Positions 36,199 to 39,628 of a stretch of 39,628 bases of DNA are shown here, piece by piece. The position numbers and the translations under genes were made by a program. This DNA comes from a virus (taxonomy: Duplodnaviria; Caudoviricetes), in IMG/VR virus record IMGVR_UViG_3300035181_000446, positions 1-39,628 of that record. One strand, given 5' to 3'. Numbering within the stretch: position 1 is the first letter of the stretch; each line of letters opens with the position of its first letter. The notes beneath the pieces are model-generated. The model had not been told where the DNA came from, did no database searches, and worked only from the letters and a program-made list of their open reading frames with translations.

Positions 36199-37659
36199 AT
36201 GACAGCATTAACGGCTGAGCGGGTTACAACCATCCCAACGTCACTAACCAAGGGTAGATTTAGCGCTTATCAAGAGCACGCTAAAAAATCATCCCTATAT
36301 GTCGGCAATAACTCAAACCTGCCAGTGCGGGTGGGTGAGTACATGGGCGCGAAGGTCTACAACGTAGCTGACTATACGGACGTTGCTACAGCATACACAG
36401 CGGCAGCAGCGGCAGGCGGTCGGTTTGTTATCTACGTTCCGGCAGGCGATTATAGCCTTGGCAGCTCGTTTACGTGGGCAGCTCAAGGCGCTCTAATTGG
36501 TCTGTCTCAATCGGCATCACGTATTACTTGCTCATCAGGGCAAACAATCACCGTTACGTGCCAGTATTTCGAGTGTGCTCAAGTTGAGTTTTACTACGGT
36601 ACACAGGCAACCACGGGCAGCACGCTGCTGCTTAATGGGGCGTTTTATGCTGACATCCACGACATCGTTATTACGGCGGGTAATATCGGCATTGAGTTTA
36701 CAGGGACAAGTCCTACGTACTCAGGGCGGCATCGTGTCAGTAACGTAAGCATGACCAGCGTTTATACGTATGGTCTGTACCTGCATGGCACTCATGACGT
36801 ATTCGCCACTAACGTCTACTGTCTTGCCTACATTGCGGCGTTTGTGGCTGGTTCGCGCGGGTTGTATATCACCGGATGGGTAGAGGGCAGCGAGTTTGTA
36901 AACTGCAACTTTCTGCTTTTTGAGCGTTGCCTTGAACACTCAACGGCGACAGCACGGACAAACACATTTACGCAGTGCTATTTCGACTCTGGCAAATATG
37001 CCGCATTACTGCAAGATACAACCACAGCGGCATTGTTTGGCTGTTGGTTTAGCAATGGGCGCGGTCAAGCGTCGGTTGCTGGTCAAGGACTAGTTGTCTA
37101 CAACGCATCAAACGTCACGTTGGATGCGTGCCGCTTTATCAATTGCGGGTCTGCGGGGCTGGCTCTCAGCACTTGCTCGGATATAGTGGTACAGGGCTGC
37201 ATATCCAGCAATAACAGCTATGACAGCGCAGGGACTTATCGCGCTTATACGGCTGACAGCGTGACCAATCTTGTCATGGTCGGATGCGTGGCAAACAACA
37301 CGGCACTTTCGGGCGGGGCAACTCAATCCAATACATTGGGCGTAAATACGGCTACAACAGGACGAATTGATAACTGCCCATCAATCACAATGTTTGGCGT
37401 TGGCGCTGGTTTGCTTGTAACCAATACCGCTAGCACGTCAAAAAACTCAGGCAGTGTTTACCTTAACAGCACTGCAACAGTTGTTACGCACGGACTAGCA
37501 GGCACGCCCTTCGACCATCAAATCAAATTAGTACCATTCGGCAATCCGGCAGCAACGCCTTACGTCACATCGGTAACTGCAACTACGTTTACAATTGGCG
37601 GTTCTGTTGCTCCTAATATCTGGTGTGGCTGGACTGCCGCGTGTTGGGGGGATTACTGA
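36199..37659 (+). CDS. Tailspike / receptor-binding protein with right-handed beta-helix (possible depolymerase)
   Basis: YNVADY...IYVPAGDY pectate-lyase-like start, repeated Asn/Cys-containing beta-coil pattern and C-terminal V.HGL..TP module. Confidence 0.78.
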   Translation: MTALTAERVTTIPTSLTKGRFSAYQEHAKKSSLYVGNNSNLPVRVGEYMGAKVYNVADYTDVATAYTAAAAAGGRFVIYVPAGDYSLGSSFTWAAQGALIGLSQSASRITCSSGQTITVTCQYFECAQVEFYYGTQATTGSTLLLNGAFYADIHDIVITAGNIGIEFTGTSPTYSGRHRVSNVSMTSVYTYGLYLHGTHDVFATNVYCLAYIAAFVAGSRGLYITGWVEGSEFVNCNFLLFERCLEHSTATARTNTFTQCYFDSGKYAALLQDTTTAALFGCWFSNGRGQASVAGQGLVVYNASNVTLDACRFINCGSAGLALSTCSDIVVQGCISSNNSYDSAGTYRAYTADSVTNLVMVGCVANNTALSGGATQSNTLGVNTATTGRIDNCPSITMFGVGAGLLVTNTASTSKNSGSVYLNSTATVVTHGLAGTPFDHQIKLVPFGNPAATPYVTSVTATTFTIGGSVAPNIWCGWTAACWGDY

Positions 37660-37705
37660 TGATTGGTTTTTACCCGTCAACACCCGGCGCACCGTCTCCC
37701 TTGCT

Positions 37706-37999
37706 TTAGCAATCCCCCAAACACCCACGAACCGCTACCCCATTCTGCCCGTAATCGTCTCCACGGTACGGGTTAGACTGGTGATACGCCCCCAAAGATA
37801 GCGCGGCATGGTCAAAACGCCACTTGTAGCCAGCAAACAGCGTGCCGTTACCACGGTAAAGGTGACGGCTACCGTCTGGATGTACCTCAATAAGATCAGT
37901 ATTATCGTCGAGGTTGCGCGTGATCGTGCCATCTACAAACCAATCGGCATGGACTGGTGTGGATAGGGCTGCTATTAGAGCGATGGTTAAAAGTCTCAT
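37706..37999 (-). CDS. Small exported beta-rich protein
   Basis: Signal peptide MRLLTIALIAALSTPVHA; 4-bp overlap with the FtsK-like gene; amphipathic beta-strands. Confidence 0.7.
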   Translation of the reverse strand: MRLLTIALIAALSTPVHADWFVDGTITRNLDDNTDLIEVHPDGSRHLYRGNGTLFAGYKWRFDHAALSLGAYHQSNPYRGDDYGQNGVAVRGCLGDC

Positions 38000-39264
38000 T
38001 TAAGGTATCTCTCGATATGGTCAATTGTTACGTTAGCGCCATGTATGCGCGTTGTTCGTCCATTTATCTTTGCGTATCCATCGCCCTTGCCTAGCAGCTT
38101 CTCACATCCGTTTTCACCAATGCAGACCCGGCTTTGTGCTGCACTGCTAACGGCAAACGCAAACACGGACGGGATAACGGCGCGTAACGTCTGCGGCAAC
38201 CACTCGCTATTGGGGCTTTGGGTGCAAAACAGGATGGTGATGTTAACGGAGCGTGCTTTTTGCGCCAGCCGTCCAACGTTGCGCGTAAAGGCTTTCAGCG
38301 CGTTTTTATCGTCACTTGCTGAAAGCATATCTACCACGTCTTTCATTTCGTCCATCAAGTAAATGATCGGCTTCATATCATCAGAGCCACCACTAAAACG
38401 CTGTTCCATTGCCCATACTAACCATTCAAATTGAGCCGCCATATCTTCGGGTTCAATGGCAGCGCCTTTGCATTGTGGCTCACCCTCTGCATGGTCACGA
38501 TAATCATTAAGCAGGTACTCGGATTTGCTGTAGTACGGGTAAAAGTCACCCTTTCGGCTTTTGCCATCAGCAACCAATAGCGTGAAATCACGCCCCGAAT
38601 CAATGAGTGACAGCATCAGCGCATTCGCAAACACCGATTTACCCGCGCCAGTTGTGCCGGGGATGAAGTAATGCACACCGTCTTTGAGGTCGATAATGTA
38701 GGGCTTACCGTCAATGGTTACAGCAGGGCAGACAGGCAACGCCATGTTTGAAGCCTTGGCTTGCGACCACTCGCTTGACTGCATCAGACTGTCAAAGTCG
38801 ACATACTGGCGATCAATGCGCGGCACATCGAATTCGCGGCACATTTTTTGCTTGCTTGGCAGAATATCTACCGACGCAACACCCAAAGCCATTGCCAAGT
38901 CATCAGCATCAGGCAAATCCTTAATACGTGAGCCGTGGGGAAGTCTAACGGTATAGCGGTTGATAACCATGCCGTCATGACTTGTTATCAGCGTAGCGCC
39001 ATCAAAGCCGTAATCAGAGATTGTTTTGACAAGACCAATGTCATCAGATGCAACCACAGGGTTAACCATAGTTGGTTGGTCATCATCTGTTTGGTCATTG
39101 TTGCGGTAGTTCAGCAGCGCACGACCTGCCATTGCCATCCCGACAACACCTAAGCTCAATTCAGGGTAGTTAAGCATTACGCCTAACGTTGCCGTCAATC
39201 CAACTGTCAGTTGGGTGATCGGTGAGCGGGGAAATAATTCCCCGGTTTTCGATAAAATATCCAT
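37996..39264 (-). CDS. FtsK/SpoIIIE-family ATPase with N-terminal membrane anchor and no gamma domain
   Basis: GTTGAGKS, YLMDE, RLAQKARS...TQ.P and G.EKLLGKGD motifs; alpha-domain-like DDLAMALG...FDVP; ends right after the motor domain. Confidence 0.9.
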   Translation of the reverse strand: MDILSKTGELFPRSPITQLTVGLTATLGVMLNYPELSLGVVGMAMAGRALLNYRNNDQTDDDQPTMVNPVVASDDIGLVKTISDYGFDGATLITSHDGMVINRYTVRLPHGSRIKDLPDADDLAMALGVASVDILPSKQKMCREFDVPRIDRQYVDFDSLMQSSEWSQAKASNMALPVCPAVTIDGKPYIIDLKDGVHYFIPGTTGAGKSVFANALMLSLIDSGRDFTLLVADGKSRKGDFYPYYSKSEYLLNDYRDHAEGEPQCKGAAIEPEDMAAQFEWLVWAMEQRFSGGSDDMKPIIYLMDEMKDVVDMLSASDDKNALKAFTRNVGRLAQKARSVNITILFCTQSPNSEWLPQTLRAVIPSVFAFAVSSAAQSRVCIGENGCEKLLGKGDGYAKINGRTTRIHGANVTIDHIERYLK

Positions 39265-39267
39265 GAT

Positions 39268-39627
39268 TTACAACCACCCGCGATCTTTAGCGATAGCTCG
39301 CAGGATTGGTTTCCACACGCTCCAGAATTTAAGTGCTTCATCACCATCCATTTTGATTATTGCTTCATCATCAAAACCCATCCAATCACCCCATGGGTGG
39401 AACTGACATCCGATTTTCAAGTGCGTATTTGTAGCAAAAATATCATAATCATTTGTTGCATTACTTGCCGCTACACTTAAAACGTTTGCACTACTCAGGT
39501 CTGCACCGCTCAGTTTTGCTCCGATAAGGTCTGCATAGCGCAGGTTTGCGCCGCTCAGGTCTGCATAGCCCAGGTCTGCACTGTTCAGGTCTGCACTGCG
39601 CAGGTCTGCACCAATCAGTTTTGCGCC
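39268..39627 (-). CDS. Pentapeptide-repeat protein, 5'-truncated by the window edge (not in ORF track)
   Basis: Minus frame reads GAKLIGADLRSADLNSADLGYADLSGANLRYADL... then IGCQFH...W..FDD..I..MDG..AL.FW; stop at 39268-39270. Confidence 0.88.
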   Translation of the reverse strand, partial: GAKLIGADLRSADLNSADLGYADLSGANLRYADLIGAKLSGADLSSANVLSVAASNATNDYDIFATNTHLKIGCQFHPWGDWMGFDDEAIIKMDGDEALKFWSVWKPILRAIAKDRGWL

Positions 39628-39628
39628 A

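Noticed and set aside
39495-39628. 15-bp periodic repeats (CAGGTCTGCA...) at the right edge
   Set aside because: Explained by the pentapeptide-repeat coding sequence on the minus strand.
1-39628. Integrase, att sites, repressor, cas or anti-CRISPR genes, tRNAs, reverse transcriptase
   Set aside because: None recognised. The window is truncated at both ends, so lifestyle and host cannot be determined from it; small hypothetical ORFs cannot be excluded as anti-CRISPRs.

Overview
The window is most of a tailed-phage or prophage genome with a contractile (myovirus-type) tail; both ends cut through genes. Left to right it holds: a 5'-truncated VapE/VirE-type SF3 helicase and an iteron-rich origin-like locus; a 12-kb early region (membrane proteins, a two-domain peptidoglycan hydrolase, Rha, Rad52-like annealing protein, YqaJ exonuclease, SSB, SF2 helicase, VRR-NUC) with six sigma70-type promoters that share an invariant CGCCCGACAC box; an inverted second copy of the origin-like locus; KilA-N, lysis, terminase, head, neck, tail, baseplate and fibre genes; and a convergent minus-strand operon (pentapeptide-repeat protein, FtsK-like ATPase, small exported protein). 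The most notable features are (1) a cas-less type I-F CRISPR mini-array with one 32-nt spacer at 4866-4953, (2) the duplicated, inverted origin-like loci bracketing the early region, and (3) a possible FtsK + membrane protein + murein hydrolase module for cell-to-cell DNA transfer, which is a hypothesis only. No integrase, repressor or cas gene was recognised. Family names come from motif recognition and gene order, not database searches.
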